A stretch of 64,000 nt of DNA from Candidatus Thorarchaeota archaeon (lineage in GTDB: Archaea > Asgardarchaeota > Thorarchaeia > Thorarchaeales > Thorarchaeaceae): NCBI GenBank assembly GCA_016933575.1, contig JAFGAR010000101.1:1-64000 (forward strand). Reading direction: 5' to 3'. The notes below the pieces were generated by a model. That model did not search any database. It saw nothing but the letters and a program-made list of their open reading frames with translations, and was not told the DNA's origin. Shown here piece after piece: positions 39,687 through 52,900 of the stretch (within the stretch, counting starts at the first letter, position 1; every line of letters begins with the position of its first letter). The position numbers and the translations under genes are program-made.

Positions 39687-40589
39687 ATGGCGGAACAACG
39701 TGAAGATGTCCTACCGGTAATTCATCTTCAGATTAGAATCTCAAAACCTATTGAGGAAGTATGGACAGATTTTCTTGATCCCGTGATAATGCTTCTCTGG
39801 TTGGGAAATGAAATAAGCGCTGATATCAGTGTTGGAGGTTCAATCCGGTTTCTAGGTCCAAATGCACTCACAACTCCCGAGATTGCCAATTATTGGGAGA
39901 TCAAAGAAGTGAAAGAGCGAAAGGTCTTACTTCTTAGCTGGAGGATTATGGGTGTTGATACACTCCTTGTTATACGCTTCAATCCAATTGGCCCTGGTAC
40001 CATGATACAGGTAAATCATGGTGCAATTCCTGTTTCTGCTAGGAATTATCATCTCCCGGAGCATTGGAATCTATTATTAGCCAATTTTAAGTTGGCTGTT
40101 GAACTTGGTGCTCCAGCTCTCCGATTTGATTATTCGAATTATCATCCAGTGAGAGTAACCCGATACGATCCAGTCGATGTTCGTCTCAGTGTCGTTTGCA
40201 AGACTCCACCATCACTTCCTTTTGATGTTTGGACTAATCCTGAGAAGCTAAAGCATTTCATACGGGCTGAGCAACCAAAGGTTGATCGCCAATATGCAGG
40301 AATCTACACCTGGTGGGCTGAGGGAAAGGGTCCAGTCGTATTCAAGAAGATGATTCAGGATAAGGAACTAGAATTCTCGTGGGTGCATGGTGATGAACCG
40401 GAGACCATTGTCAATGTGAGATTTGAAGAAGTAAATGACCATACACTTGTGACTCTTCATCATCATGGATTCAAAAGCCCTGAAGCCGCTGTTGGATATG
40501 ACATCGGTTGGTCAGGAATACTCGCAGAACTAAAACTGGTCTGCGAACTTGGCGAATCTGGAATAGAACGAATAAGCGATTGGGGTTAG
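39687..40589 (+). CDS. tandem SRPBCC/AHSA1-like domain protein
   Basis: two units: PIEEVW..F.DP...W and FDVWTNPEKL..., ending HWNLLLANF and GWSGILAEL. Confidence 0.85.
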   Translation: MAEQREDVLPVIHLQIRISKPIEEVWTDFLDPVIMLLWLGNEISADISVGGSIRFLGPNALTTPEIANYWEIKEVKERKVLLLSWRIMGVDTLLVIRFNPIGPGTMIQVNHGAIPVSARNYHLPEHWNLLLANFKLAVELGAPALRFDYSNYHPVRVTRYDPVDVRLSVVCKTPPSLPFDVWTNPEKLKHFIRAEQPKVDRQYAGIYTWWAEGKGPVVFKKMIQDKELEFSWVHGDEPETIVNVRFEEVNDHTLVTLHHHGFKSPEAAVGYDIGWSGILAELKLVCELGESGIERISDWG

Positions 40590-40602
40590 AATGTCTTTCT
40601 GG

Positions 40603-41343
40603 TTACCAAAAAAATAATAGATCTACAGGGAATATGAGTAACCGCATTGCAATAGCTGTGATCATTGGGATAATGAAATTATCGGACCATCCAACACTCA
40701 ATATCTCAGTAACCGTCACGCATATTGCTACGAGTAAGATATGTGGAAAAACACAAAAAATGCATGTGTCGCTTGAGTACAGGACAAATGATACAACTAT
40801 TGCCAAGATAGCGAAAAGGAAGACAGCAATGCTCCCTTCAACCGATTTATTGTGATATTTGCGTTTGAATATTCTTCCTCCATAAGGTCTTCCAATAGCT
40901 TCACCAGCTCCATCAGCCCATGCTACAGCTAGAATAGATGCTACGAAAATCTCTGGCCTAGAAAAGAAGACCAGAAAAACTATACAAAATGATACCATTC
41001 CCATAAACCCTGCAAGGAAAGTTGTTGACCTTTTCTCTCCTTCACGACTGCCTGCCATTAACAAATCCCATATCAATTCACTCTTGTGGGCCCATGCATA
41101 GAAGAGGATGAGTACAAAGACACCCAATGCAAAGGCTGGACCACTAAGATTTGAATATCCGACAAGAGTCAGACCTACGACAGATCCCATTGAAATGTGA
41201 ACAAGTTTTCGGGGTTTCCATTTTGGCATTCCTGAAAAAGACATATAGTATGCAGTAGTTAGAACTATTGAAACAATTACTCCAGTCGCAATAGCCATAA
41301 CGACATCTGTTGGGGTCAGCTCCCCAATGACCAGATCTACCAT
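40603..41343 (-). CDS. dolichol/phytol kinase-like (CTP-transferase family) membrane protein
   Basis: RKLVHI, WADGAGEAIGR, KSVEGS, DNFIIP. Confidence 0.88.
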   Translation of the reverse strand: MVDLVIGELTPTDVVMAIATGVIVSIVLTTAYYMSFSGMPKWKPRKLVHISMGSVVGLTLVGYSNLSGPAFALGVFVLILFYAWAHKSELIWDLLMAGSREGEKRSTTFLAGFMGMVSFCIVFLVFFSRPEIFVASILAVAWADGAGEAIGRPYGGRIFKRKYHNKSVEGSIAVFLFAILAIVVSFVLYSSDTCIFCVFPHILLVAICVTVTEILSVGWSDNFIIPMITAIAMRLLIFPVDLLFFW

Positions 41344-41493
41344 TTTAGACGTTTTTGATGGATATTATTAGCTATTTCAGTATAGTTGTTTAGTGTACAA
41401 CTTGTGTATCGATGGTTGAAGATACACATTCAGCTGATAAGATCAAATCCAAACTGGATCTTATGTGGATTCTAACTTGATCGAAAAATCATG

Positions 41494-41517
41494 AGGAGAG
41501 AATTAATCATCTCTCCT
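41494..41517 (-). terminator. hairpin downstream of 41538-42131 gene
   Basis: AGGAGAGA-8nt-TCTCTCCT. Confidence 0.45.
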
Positions 41518-41537
41518 ACTAACAGATAATGTTCCTT

Positions 41538-42131
41538 CTAAATGTTCCAATTGTATCTGAGAGTTAAGTCGATATCAACATTCCATACATCGGTCTTTGA
41601 TGATGCTTCGAACCAGATGACCCAGACATAGGTGTCAGCATAGTTATTGAGGTTGAAATAATCACTTGCAGTATTAGTGTAGTCTCCATCCTCAACTAAA
41701 TATGAGTCCAAACCAGCCCATGTCGGTATTGAGTCAAATGTCGATTGGTCAATCGCATAGATTGCAAAATGTATTGTTACTGATATAGAATCAGAACCAG
41801 TATCATCCACCACGATATCAAATTGAATATCTGGTTCGGTCATTGTCATTGTCTCAGAGCTTGATACATAGAATTCATCGTAATAGTATGTAGTATAGAG
41901 ATCAATATCCTGATTGCTATAGGATGTGATTGTCCGTGTACTATAGTTGCTTCCGATACCACCTCCGCCAAAGATGCTCAAGATGCCTCCCATGAACACC
42001 ATGGCAATGACAAACATACCAATAATCAAGATAACGCAGATGATTACAGTCCACTTGCAGCAATCAGAGCCAGTGGAGCTCTTTTTAGTTGGTTCATATG
42101 TTTCAGGACCTGGCATAGGTATCTCAGTCAT
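41538..42131 (-). CDS. single-TM protein with acidic beta-rich extracellular domain
   Basis: N-terminal TM after SDCCKW; Gly linker; beta-rich domain. Confidence 0.7.
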   Translation of the reverse strand: MTEIPMPGPETYEPTKKSSTGSDCCKWTVIICVILIIGMFVIAMVFMGGILSIFGGGGIGSNYSTRTITSYSNQDIDLYTTYYYDEFYVSSSETMTMTEPDIQFDIVVDDTGSDSISVTIHFAIYAIDQSTFDSIPTWAGLDSYLVEDGDYTNTASDYFNLNNYADTYVWVIWFEASSKTDVWNVDIDLTLRYNWNI

Positions 42132-42361
42132 AGTAATCCTCGCACTTTTTGATGCCTATGGCGCTTATTTCCATTTCTGGGGGATATTGATACGTAAAAT
42201 ATGTATTTCCAGAATGGAATTTAGAAATCTCAAATCAGAACTGCATCTTTTCTTTCGATATGTACTTGGCACTTAAGCATCTATCTTTCCGTCTGTATAT
42301 TTCAATATCTAGGAATAAGTACGTTTGATTCTGATTCAAAGAAACAGAAGTGAGAAATTCA

Positions 42362-42874
42362 TCAACTGATTTTCTTCATCGCTTTTGTGTATACATTCCT
42401 AACCCCATTATTCTGTTCATTTTCAATGAATTGTTGAAAGAGTGGGATAAGTTGCTTGTGTGTTGTGGGATTATACAAGGCTATCTCTGTGAGTGCGTAA
42501 GCTGCACACCATCGAATGACAGTACTTTCATCAGCTGTGTTGCCAAGGAGTTTGGGTATTGCTTTTGCAGCTATATCAGGATACTCTTTTGCTAAATTGC
42601 CAATAGACTCTGGTATTCCCCATTTTACTCGCGGAGCTTTATAATCAATGTAGTGAATCAAAACATCGATGTATTTGATCAAAATTTTTGGATTATCTTT
42701 TGAAATGAATTTCAGTACCTCTGCAATAGTCCCCCGCTCTACCTCTGTTCCAGTTTGAAGGAGGTGAAATATTTCATTGATCATTTTTGGGTGGTTTTTT
42801 GAAAGTGCTACTATTAACGAAACTTTTTCTTTATGCTTTGCATTAGATTTCAATACCTCATGTACTCTGTCCAT
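42362..42874 (-). CDS. HEAT-repeat protein
   Basis: PRVKWGIPESIGNLA, TVIRWCAAYALTEIA; immediately downstream of the Fpg-like gene. Confidence 0.75.
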   Translation of the reverse strand: MDRVHEVLKSNAKHKEKVSLIVALSKNHPKMINEIFHLLQTGTEVERGTIAEVLKFISKDNPKILIKYIDVLIHYIDYKAPRVKWGIPESIGNLAKEYPDIAAKAIPKLLGNTADESTVIRWCAAYALTEIALYNPTTHKQLIPLFQQFIENEQNNGVRNVYTKAMKKIS

Positions 42875-42885
42875 CTTGTTCACCC

Positions 42886-43728
42886 TTATTTTTGACAATG
42901 AGGACAAAAGAAGACCTGTCCTCCACCATGAGCTATCATTTCGATTTTTGCACCACACTCTGGACAATCTTTATCCTTCATGTTTGAGCCCATTACTGGA
43001 GTATGTCTTCCCGCTTCGCCATAGAGATTGGTCCAATTATCCTTTCCACCAGAGCAGATTCTAGCATTTAGAATGTCTTTCATTGCGTCGTAGACATTGT
43101 GTATGTCACTCTCTGAAAATGAAGATGTATTTCTCTTTGGATGAATTCTAGCCTTGAAAATGATCTCTTGAAATGCTGCATTACTTAAGCCTACAACAAT
43201 AGCTGTCTTACCAACAAGTGATGCCTTGATATTCTGATTTTTAGCAGAAAGCATCTCTTTGAACTTCTCAACAGTAAACTCTTGCTCACCAATAGGCGAC
43301 GGAGTATCAGAGAAATCTCGTTTCACAACATAGAGACTATCTACCTCGTTATCAGCAGCTGAATAGATGAGTCCCATACCTGTCTGCCTAATAGTGAGAT
43401 ACGATTTGTCAGTGAATTGTATCTTTAGATGATGTTTCTTTGGAAGTGTCTCTTCTGATGTGTGGTAGAGTATACTAGCGCCATAGTCTGGACCAAGAAC
43501 TAGATTCATCTTTTTATTCATCTGAATCCGAATCACGTTTCCTCGTTGATGAATTGACTTAACGCTACAATCAAGTAGGCGATCAAATTCTTTGATGTCT
43601 TTATTAAAAAACGTGAGCTTCTGAAGTTTCTCATAGTCCTTCATTTCACAGGCTTTGATTTTTTTGCCCACTATTGTATTATTTAATTGTTCAGCTAAAA
43701 TCATAGCTTCAGGTAATTCAACACTCAT
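42886..43728 (-). CDS. Fpg/Nei-family DNA glycosylase-like protein (atypical)
   Basis: ELPE N-terminus, H2TH IKASL..GLSNAAFQEIIFKARIHP, zinc finger CPEC...CPHCQ. Confidence 0.88.
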   Translation of the reverse strand: MSVELPEAMILAEQLNNTIVGKKIKACEMKDYEKLQKLTFFNKDIKEFDRLLDCSVKSIHQRGNVIRIQMNKKMNLVLGPDYGASILYHTSEETLPKKHHLKIQFTDKSYLTIRQTGMGLIYSAADNEVDSLYVVKRDFSDTPSPIGEQEFTVEKFKEMLSAKNQNIKASLVGKTAIVVGLSNAAFQEIIFKARIHPKRNTSSFSESDIHNVYDAMKDILNARICSGGKDNWTNLYGEAGRHTPVMGSNMKDKDCPECGAKIEMIAHGGGQVFFCPHCQK

Positions 43729-43938
43729 CCTACTCATCTCCACGCGAATATAGATGTGCTTCTATTATCTAGCAAAAGGAATGATTCCTGATGAAGTTTC
43801 CGACATCAGAGGTGTGGTGTACTAATTTTTCCAATGAAACCCGACGAAATATGCATATAAATCAGACCCAAGTAAAATACCTATAATCTAAATTAGTAGC
43901 AGATTAGACCACATTAACACTATCGGGGACCTGTTATT

Positions 43939-46900
43939 TTGATTATCCATAGGATCGCGCTAAAATACGGACTGGCATCGATATTCATTCTACTATTTTT
44001 CATTAATGCACCCATGATATTGACTACTGGAGAAAACCATCAAAATTGGACTTCACCTCAACCAATCAATCCTGGTATGGCTATAGCTTCAGATGAAGTG
44101 GATTATGTTGATATCGCAACATCAGACATTGATAGTTCTCCTGATATTGGGTCTCACTCGGATTTTGTGAATCAACAAACAGGTCCTGATGCAGTTTATG
44201 ATACACTAAGTGAGATCAATGCTGATCCTGCTCCAACAAACACAGAGAATGATATTGACATAGAGGCTAGTAATGTGGATTCATCACCGGACTTGGGAGT
44301 TGAAGGCATTTTTGCAAATGCCCAAGGAACTTCTCTTGATTCCTCCTATCTTGGTATTCAGGAAGAGAGTATTTCTCAAGGCTATGGTGGTGAAACAGGT
44401 TCTGTTCTTGTCACGGGTTCTATACCAGATATGGCTGATAAAGACCAGTTTTGCCTATATCAAGCAATATTCTGGAATCCCACTGATACTATCTATCAAG
44501 TATCAAGAGTCGAATTCAATTATACTGGTAGCCAGTGGTTGAATGCCATCAGTCAAGGAAGTGGAGTATCTTACCCCATATCAGAATGGTACCTCTCAAA
44601 TAAACAAGTCGCCTATTGGGCTGGTTCTTCACCTATCAATGTCCAACCTCATACTGTACAATCATTCTATATCACAGGTGATTCGAACAGAATCAATTCA
44701 GGATTTTATATCGACATTCGAATCACAGCAAATTCAACAACCTATATTGAAACATATCATTCAGCTCAGTCAAATGGCAATAGACCAGCTGCACAACTCT
44801 GGTTAGGTTCAACTACACCACCAAATCAAATTCACTCAATATCACCAAGCACACAAACAACAGTATATGTAAGTGTAGAAGAGGCGGCCAATAAAGCTGA
44901 TATCCTATCTGGTGGAACTCTGACTATAGATGTACCGTTTGGTTTCACTAGTATTCAAGATATTGGTGGTACTGGTTGGGACTCTGCGTCGATTGTAGGC
45001 TCTCAAATCACTGTAAGCAATAATGTGCTTATTCGTGCTTCATACCTTACTTATGCCTTCAGAATTACTTCTCCAAGTACTCCAGGACTCTACAAGTTGG
45101 ACGTATCATTTACCGATGGTCTCTACGCAATGCCAATTGGTAATTTCACAATACATGTGACAGGTACGCCTGCAACGACCGAGAAGATAGACCTTGAGTA
45201 TCAATGGACTTCGGCAATGTACAGTGCGCCCAATGAAAAGGTGTGCATCTATATCGCATCTCACAGTGGTACTGAAACTCTCAATGCCAACTACTGGAAT
45301 GGATTTTCTTGGAATTCGCTTGGTTCTATTACATCGACTGGTTGGACGAATTTTACCGCTACAGGATTGACCACATCAACTTATACAATCCAATTGATTG
45401 GTAATTCTGAATCGAGTGATAGTTCAAAAGACACTTGGAATATAGATCTGATCACACTCCATACTTGGTCTACTCAGACCTATAACTACAAACTCGACCT
45501 AGAGGTTCAATGGTCTTCTGCAAACTACACACAAGCAAGCGAGGAGTTATGCATCTATACTGGTGATCTTGATAGTGAGAGTATTAGGGTCGATGTCTGG
45601 ACAGGTTCTGATTGGACCAATATTGCCACAGATTTGACAGCTAACACCTGGAATAATTTCAGCATTTCATCATGGCTGACTTCATCAATCTTTACAATTC
45701 GATTTAGAGGTGACATTGAGACAGGAGATCTAACACAATCTTCATGGGAGATAGATTGTTCATTGATTCATATATGGGACAACAGTGACCCTCAAAATAC
45801 AGCTTCGCCTGTGATATCAAATATTGATAGTGGTAATTACCTATACGCTGAATACCGTCAATACTTGGTAACTGCAAATGTAACTGATGCTGATGGTTTT
45901 GCTGATATTGATTATCTAGAGATGACACTCACTTCAAATGACCGACTAACAGAGTTCTGGACTGTCCGTTTTGATGAAGACACAAATTCGTTTAGCGAAG
46001 AGTCTGATCCTAATGGTTACATTGTATTAGATGTGGCATCATCAACTTACTCAAAAACTAGTAGCGAAATCAGTGCTTCATTTAATATCACAATAACTTG
46101 GGATCATCCTGATGTAACTAATGCTGATGTTAAATGCTCTGTCTACGATAGTAATCCTTCTTCAGATGTTGATTATTTTGAAGTGGATTGGAACATTGAA
46201 ACTCGACTTGATCTAAGTTCTGGCTTCTCACTCAATGACGGAAGTGGTACAACCAACAGAGGCGATATCGATGGTTCAATTATTGCCTCTGGAACAATAA
46301 TCTACCTTGGAAGCACTTTTCATCCAAAAGATGGCGAAATTGATGTCTGGATCTCTGAATCAGAATATGGTTCAGTGACAGGACCTTGGGAGGCAACTAA
46401 TTACGAGGAAAGTGGAGGTACGTTCGCTGTTACAGTTTATGCTGATGATACAGTGGGATTAGATACATTCACTGTCCTTGCTGTCAAAGAAGGAACTGGA
46501 CCTACAGGTGATAATAACTTCAATTCAAGTCAGACTGCGCAGTATATGGCTGATAGGGTCCAGGTGCAGTCTTTCTCAACTGATGATTCTCGAATAAATA
46601 CGAATAGTTCTGCAAGTCTTCACATTCTCCTCTATTATGACTATGACAATAGCTACGTGACCGATGGCACAGTCACAGTTAATGGATTAACAGCCACCTA
46701 TAGTGGTTCAAATGGCGTGTGGGACTTTAGCGATTCGCAGAACACCGCACAACAAGTGACGTACAATGCAGTGACATACTCTGACGGAGCTCACGGTTTA
46801 ACTGAGCTAGATATGAATGGGCAATCGATAGCACAAATTTGGGATAATATCAAAGTTGCTTCCTATTCAACCATTGATGCACACGTGGACATCAATTCCG

Positions 46901-49900
46901 ATGCTACAATTGATGTTACAATAATCTATGAATATGATGATGCTCCAGTCACAACTGGTACTGTTACAATCAATGGTATTTCTGCTACTCATCAGGGTGG
47001 CGGGGTTTGGCGAATCGTTCAAGCTGCTGGTTCTGTGCAGAGCGTCACCTATAATTCAGTTGCGTGCAGTGGGAATATATATGGTATCACACTTGTAGAT
47101 CAAAACGATAAATCCCAAGTTGTGGTATGGGATCGGGTTATTGTAGAGTCATATTCTGTAACTGATGAACGAGCTAATATCAATGATGTTGTGAATCTGA
47201 CAGTTTCGCTCAAATACGAATATGATAGTTCCTCTATCACAAGTGGTACAGTGACTATTAACTCACTTCCTGCAACGCACATTGGCAGTGGAATCTGGCA
47301 GATTTCAGTCTCAAAGAGTTCTGTTCAAAGTGTAACCTACAATCTAGTTGCGTGTTCTGGTAATACTTATGGTATCAGTGAAATCAATCAGAATTCTCAA
47401 TCGCAACTAATCATATGGGATCAGATAACTGTCCGGTCTTACTCGATATCAAATGGCAGAGTAAACATAGATGATAGTGTCAACATAGATGTCACACTTG
47501 AATACGAATACGATGACACTCCTGTGACTAGTGGTTCAGTTTCAATTAATGGTAACTCTGCGACACATCAAAGCGCAGGTGTCTGGCGATTGATTGATAC
47601 GAAATCTTCTTTGCAATCCATTACGTATAACACAGTCACCTGCTCTGGTAATGATTTCGATATAACCTCGGTAAATCAGAACTCACAGTCAGCCTCTGTG
47701 ATCTGGGATACCATAGTCGTCAGATCATATACTGTTGTCGATACTCGCGTAAACCTTGACGACTCTGTGAATATTGACATACTCCTTGAATACGAATATG
47801 ATGACTCTCTCGTCACAGATGGTTCAGTCACCATAAATACAATCGCGGCATCTTACGTTGGAAGTGGAATCTGGCGTATTACTGAATCTAAATCATCAGT
47901 ACAATCAATAACCTATGATTCAGTCATATGTTCCGGAAATGTTTATGAAATTACAGAGGTTAATCAAAACAGTCAGTCAATCGAAGTTATCTGGGATCAA
48001 GTTGTTGTGAGGTCCTATTCGGTACTCGATGCTCGAGTCAATATCATTACCTCTGTTGAGATCAATTTTACTTTGGAATACGAATTCGATAATTCACTTG
48101 TCACAGATGGAACAGTGACTCTGAATGGTATATCTGCAATACACCAAGAAGATGGAATATGGCAAATCACGCAGTCAAGAAGTTCAGTGCTGGGTGTGAC
48201 CTACAACAATGTACTATGTTCAGGTAATCTATATGGGATAAACGATGTTAATCAGAACTCCCAGAGTCAGCTGATAATCTGGGACCAGATTACTGTTAGA
48301 CAGTATGAAGTGACTGATGCTCGAGTCAATCTTGATGATAATGTCAACATCGAAGTCACGATCGAATACGAGTATGATGATTCTCCTGTCATAGATGGAA
48401 CAGTGACTATCAGTAGTTATAGTGCAACACATCAAGGGTCTGGAGTCTGGCGAATCACACAATCAAGAAGTTCAGTTCAGGGGATTACATATAATGCAGT
48501 AGTATGTTCTAGCAATATTCTTGGAATCACAAGTATCAATCAAAATGGTCAAAGTCAACTTGTCATTTGGGATCAAATCACAGTCCGAGGATATGAAGTA
48601 TCAGACTCGCGAGATAATGTGGGTGACAATATCATCGTCACAGTCGAGTTGGAATACGAGTATGATGATTCAGATGTTATCGATGGTGTAGTAACAATCA
48701 ACTCTGTATCATTTATCTACACAGGAACTTTGGGTAAATGGTCTGCATCTAGAATGCAATCTTCCGTCACAGATGAGACTTTTGATGCTGTGTCGGTAGC
48801 GAGCAATTCATTTGGAATTACTGATGTCAATCAAAATAGCAAGTCACAACTTATTATTTGGGACAGAATCCAAGTTGTTACAACCTCTGTTGATGATGCC
48901 CGAATAAACATTGGAGCCTACTGCGAAATCCGAGTGACATTGATACTTGAATATGATTCGACTCCTTTGGGATCTGGAGATATAGTGACGCTGAATGGAG
49001 CTTCTATGACATGGGATGCAAGTGATGCGAGATTTGAACTTGCACGTCAGAAAGCTACTGTCGGACGTTGGATATATTTTGTAAATAGCTCTCTTGAAAC
49101 GACATATGGAATCTCTAACATAAATCTCAATTCTCAACAGGTCAGTGTCATCTGGGATTCCATTCTGATACTGACTACTGTAGTTGATGATGCCAGAGTG
49201 AGTATCAATTCAAATGTTGAACTAAGAGTTACTGCACAACTAGCTTTTGATGGTCACCCTCTAGAATCTGGTGATTCTATTCTACTAGATAGCAGTTCGA
49301 TGACATGGGATGGTGTAAACAGCTGGTTCGAGTTGGCACGAAGCAAATCCAGTGTTGGCCTTTGGAACTTTCAGGTAGCCTCAGCATCAGAAACAACATA
49401 TGGAATAACAGCAGTAGATCTCAACGGTCAGAGTCAAGATGTTATCTGGGACCGTCTAAATATTAACATAGTTGCAGATATGGACTCAGTTCCGAATAAT
49501 ATTCAAGTCAACTTTACAATGACAGTTGCATTCGAATATGATCTTGTGGAAAGCACCTCTTACTCAGTTAGAGTCTATCGAGATAATATCTACTGGCATA
49601 CTTTTACCGAGCCAAATATCACCTCATTCTATGATAGTAATTCTGATGTGACTTACGCTTATAATGTAACAACAGTCAATTCAGAATCAATCTTCGGGAT
49701 TACAGTCTTTGTTTCAAATATTGAGACAGTTATCTGGGGCGGGTCAACAGCTGCTCCAGTGAATGATAATGTTCCAGTCTTAGTCAATCCAGATGATTCT
49801 AACTACATGTTTGCACGATTAAGATTCTACATTATTACATCGAATGTTTCTGATCTGCAGGGTTACTCTGATATTGATTTTGTCGAACTAAGCCTCTGGA

Positions 49901-52900
49901 ATAATGCACGTTCCTCAGAAATTTGGAGAATCCGATTTACTGAGTCCACTAACACATTCTCAATAGAGTCTGGCTCTGATTATATTGAACTTAGCACAGG
50001 ATCCTCCTATGTGAAATCAGGCAACAATCTCGATATCATATGGTTGATCAAGATTGATTGGGACCATCTTGACCTTTCAAATATTGATTTACGTCAATAT
50101 GTCATCGACAGCTCACTTCTCTCAGATACGAATTGGTATGAAGCTGACTGGAACATTGAAACACGTCTTGATTATTCAACCAATCCAATATTGTCTGATG
50201 ACCGTGGCGACCTGAATACTAATGATCTTGAATGTACAGGTATAGTTGTCTACCTTGGCTCACTTCTTCATCCCCTTGCGAATGAAACTGATGTCTGGGT
50301 ATTGCATGATATATCAGGATCTTGGTCTGGTATTCTAAATGCGACCGGTGGATTTGCAATCTCAAACATTGCATCATCATCCAGTGTCCGATTGAATACT
50401 TACACGATTAAGGTTGTAAATAGTGGTGATGGATTCAGCGGAACTGATCTCTACTACACTACAAGCAGAACTAACACATTCATCACTGACCGCATCGAGT
50501 TCTACCTCTCTGGGGTAGAAGATGAGCGTATCAATGTCAATAATACTGGTGTAGTCTGGTGGAGTGCACGATATGACTATGACAATGTAACAATTGTTAC
50601 TGGGCTAGTTGCACAGATGAACGGTTCAAAAGTACTGGGCTGGGATGCAGCTAATTCACAATGGTACTACGAAGAAGTGTCACAATCTATCGCTAAGATT
50701 GGTTATTCATTGTTTTCTGCTACAGAATCTGGATTTGGACTGACTGGCTGGACACAAACTGCAAGTGATGTTTTAATAATCTGGGATTTGATTGTAGTTC
50801 GTTCATATTCCGTAGTCAATACGCGGGTAAATATCAGTGATGTTGTTAGTATTGATGTGGTTCTTGAGTATGACTTCGATGATAGTTACGTTGAGGATGG
50901 TACCGTACTCATTAATTCAGTAGCAGCTTCCTATCAAGGATTAGGAATCTGGAGAATCTCACAGTCACAGAGTATTGTTGGAAGTATGACATACAATTCT
51001 GTAAGTTGTATTAACAATGGATACAACATCACCCTTGTGAACCAGAATTTGCAAAGCCAGTCTGTTATTTGGGATAGGATTCTAGTAGTATCATATGTCG
51101 TAACTGACAATCACATTAACGTTGATGATACTGTGAATATTGATGTGACCCTAGTTTTCGAGTATGACAGTTCTAGTGTGTTGACTGGTTCTGTTACCAT
51201 AGATGGAATCTCCGCAACTCACCAAGGTATTGGCGTATGGAGGATTATTGAGAGTAAGAGTTCGATACAGAGTATCACCTATGATACCGTCACGTGTACT
51301 GGTAATATCTTTGGCATTTCTGTTGTGAATCAAAACAGCCTGTTCACAACAGTCATTTGGGATCAGATTGTAGTACAATATTACACTGTCTTGGATACGC
51401 GAGTTAATGTTGATGATTCCGTTTCTATCGATGTCAAACTTGTATACGGGTATAGTGGTTCTGATGTAACAGATGGTTCTGTCTTTGTCAATGGATTGTC
51501 AGCCACTCATATCAGCAATGGCATATGGCGTTTCTCCGATTCCGAATCAGCTGTTCAAGATAACATATACAATTCCGTAATTTGTTCAGGTAATTTCTTT
51601 GGTTTAACCAACGTTGATCAGAATGGAAAGTCTGCCACAGTCATTTGGGACCGCATCATTGTTCAATCATATGATGTTGATGACAACCATGTCGATATCA
51701 ACACACTCGTCTATGTCAATGTCACTCTTGAATATGAATATGATAACTCTGCAGTCCTCAATGGAGTGGTCATAATTCAATCAACATCGGCAATACACAT
51801 TGGCAATGGTGTATGGCAAATAAGTATCACAAAGAGCTTCGTTCAAATGATCACCCTTGATACCATTCTCTGTTCTAGTAATTCCTATGGTATCACAAGT
51901 GTGAATCAAAATGCTCAGGACATATCAATCATCTGGGATAAAATCACAGTCCGTGGATATTCAGTGTCTGATATACGGATCAATGTGGATGATTATGCTC
52001 CTATAGATGTTGAACTTGAGTATGAATATGATGATTCAAGCGTGACCAATGGTGTAGTGACTATCAATGGAATTCCAGCAACTCATATTGGCGTAGGTAT
52101 CTGGAGAATCAATGAAACAAGCGGAAGTATTCAGGCACATATATACAATCTAGTAGTAAGTACTGGTAACCTCTACGGTATAACAGTAATAGATCAAAAC
52201 TTGCAATCCGTGACGATCATCTGGGATCAGATTATTGTCCGTTCGTACTTGGTATTAGATGAAAGAGTCAATCTTGGCACTGTTGTCAACATTGATATCA
52301 CGTTAGAATACGATTATGATAATACTGATGTAGAGACTGGACTCGTCACAATTAACGGGAATACTGCAGCATATCGTGGTTCTGGGGTATGGAGAATTTC
52401 AGTATCTGAATCAGTAGTGACCTCGAATACGTACAATGTAGTTATCTGCTCTGGTAATGCATATGATATAACAAATGTGAATCAGAATGGTAAATCGGTT
52501 GTAGTAATTTGGGACCAGATTACTGTTAGGTTTCTGACTGCATCTGACCCACACGATAATATTGGTTCTACAATTATAGTTTCTATTACTTTGGAATACG
52601 AATATGATGACTCGGATGTTACAGATGGCCTTGTTATCGTCAATTCGATTTCTTTCAGCTACACGGGTTCTAATGGTATCTGGTCTGCAAATCGGTTACA
52701 GAATTCAGTCACATCAGAGACCTTTGATGCTGTTGTAACATCTGGGAATACACATGGAATAACTGGTATCAATTTGAATGGTCAATCACTTGTGGTGATT
52801 TGGGACCGCATCCGAATATTGACAACATCTGTTGATGATTCAAGAGTCAATACTAATTCACCCGCAACAGTACTTGTGACAGCTGAACTGGAATATGATG

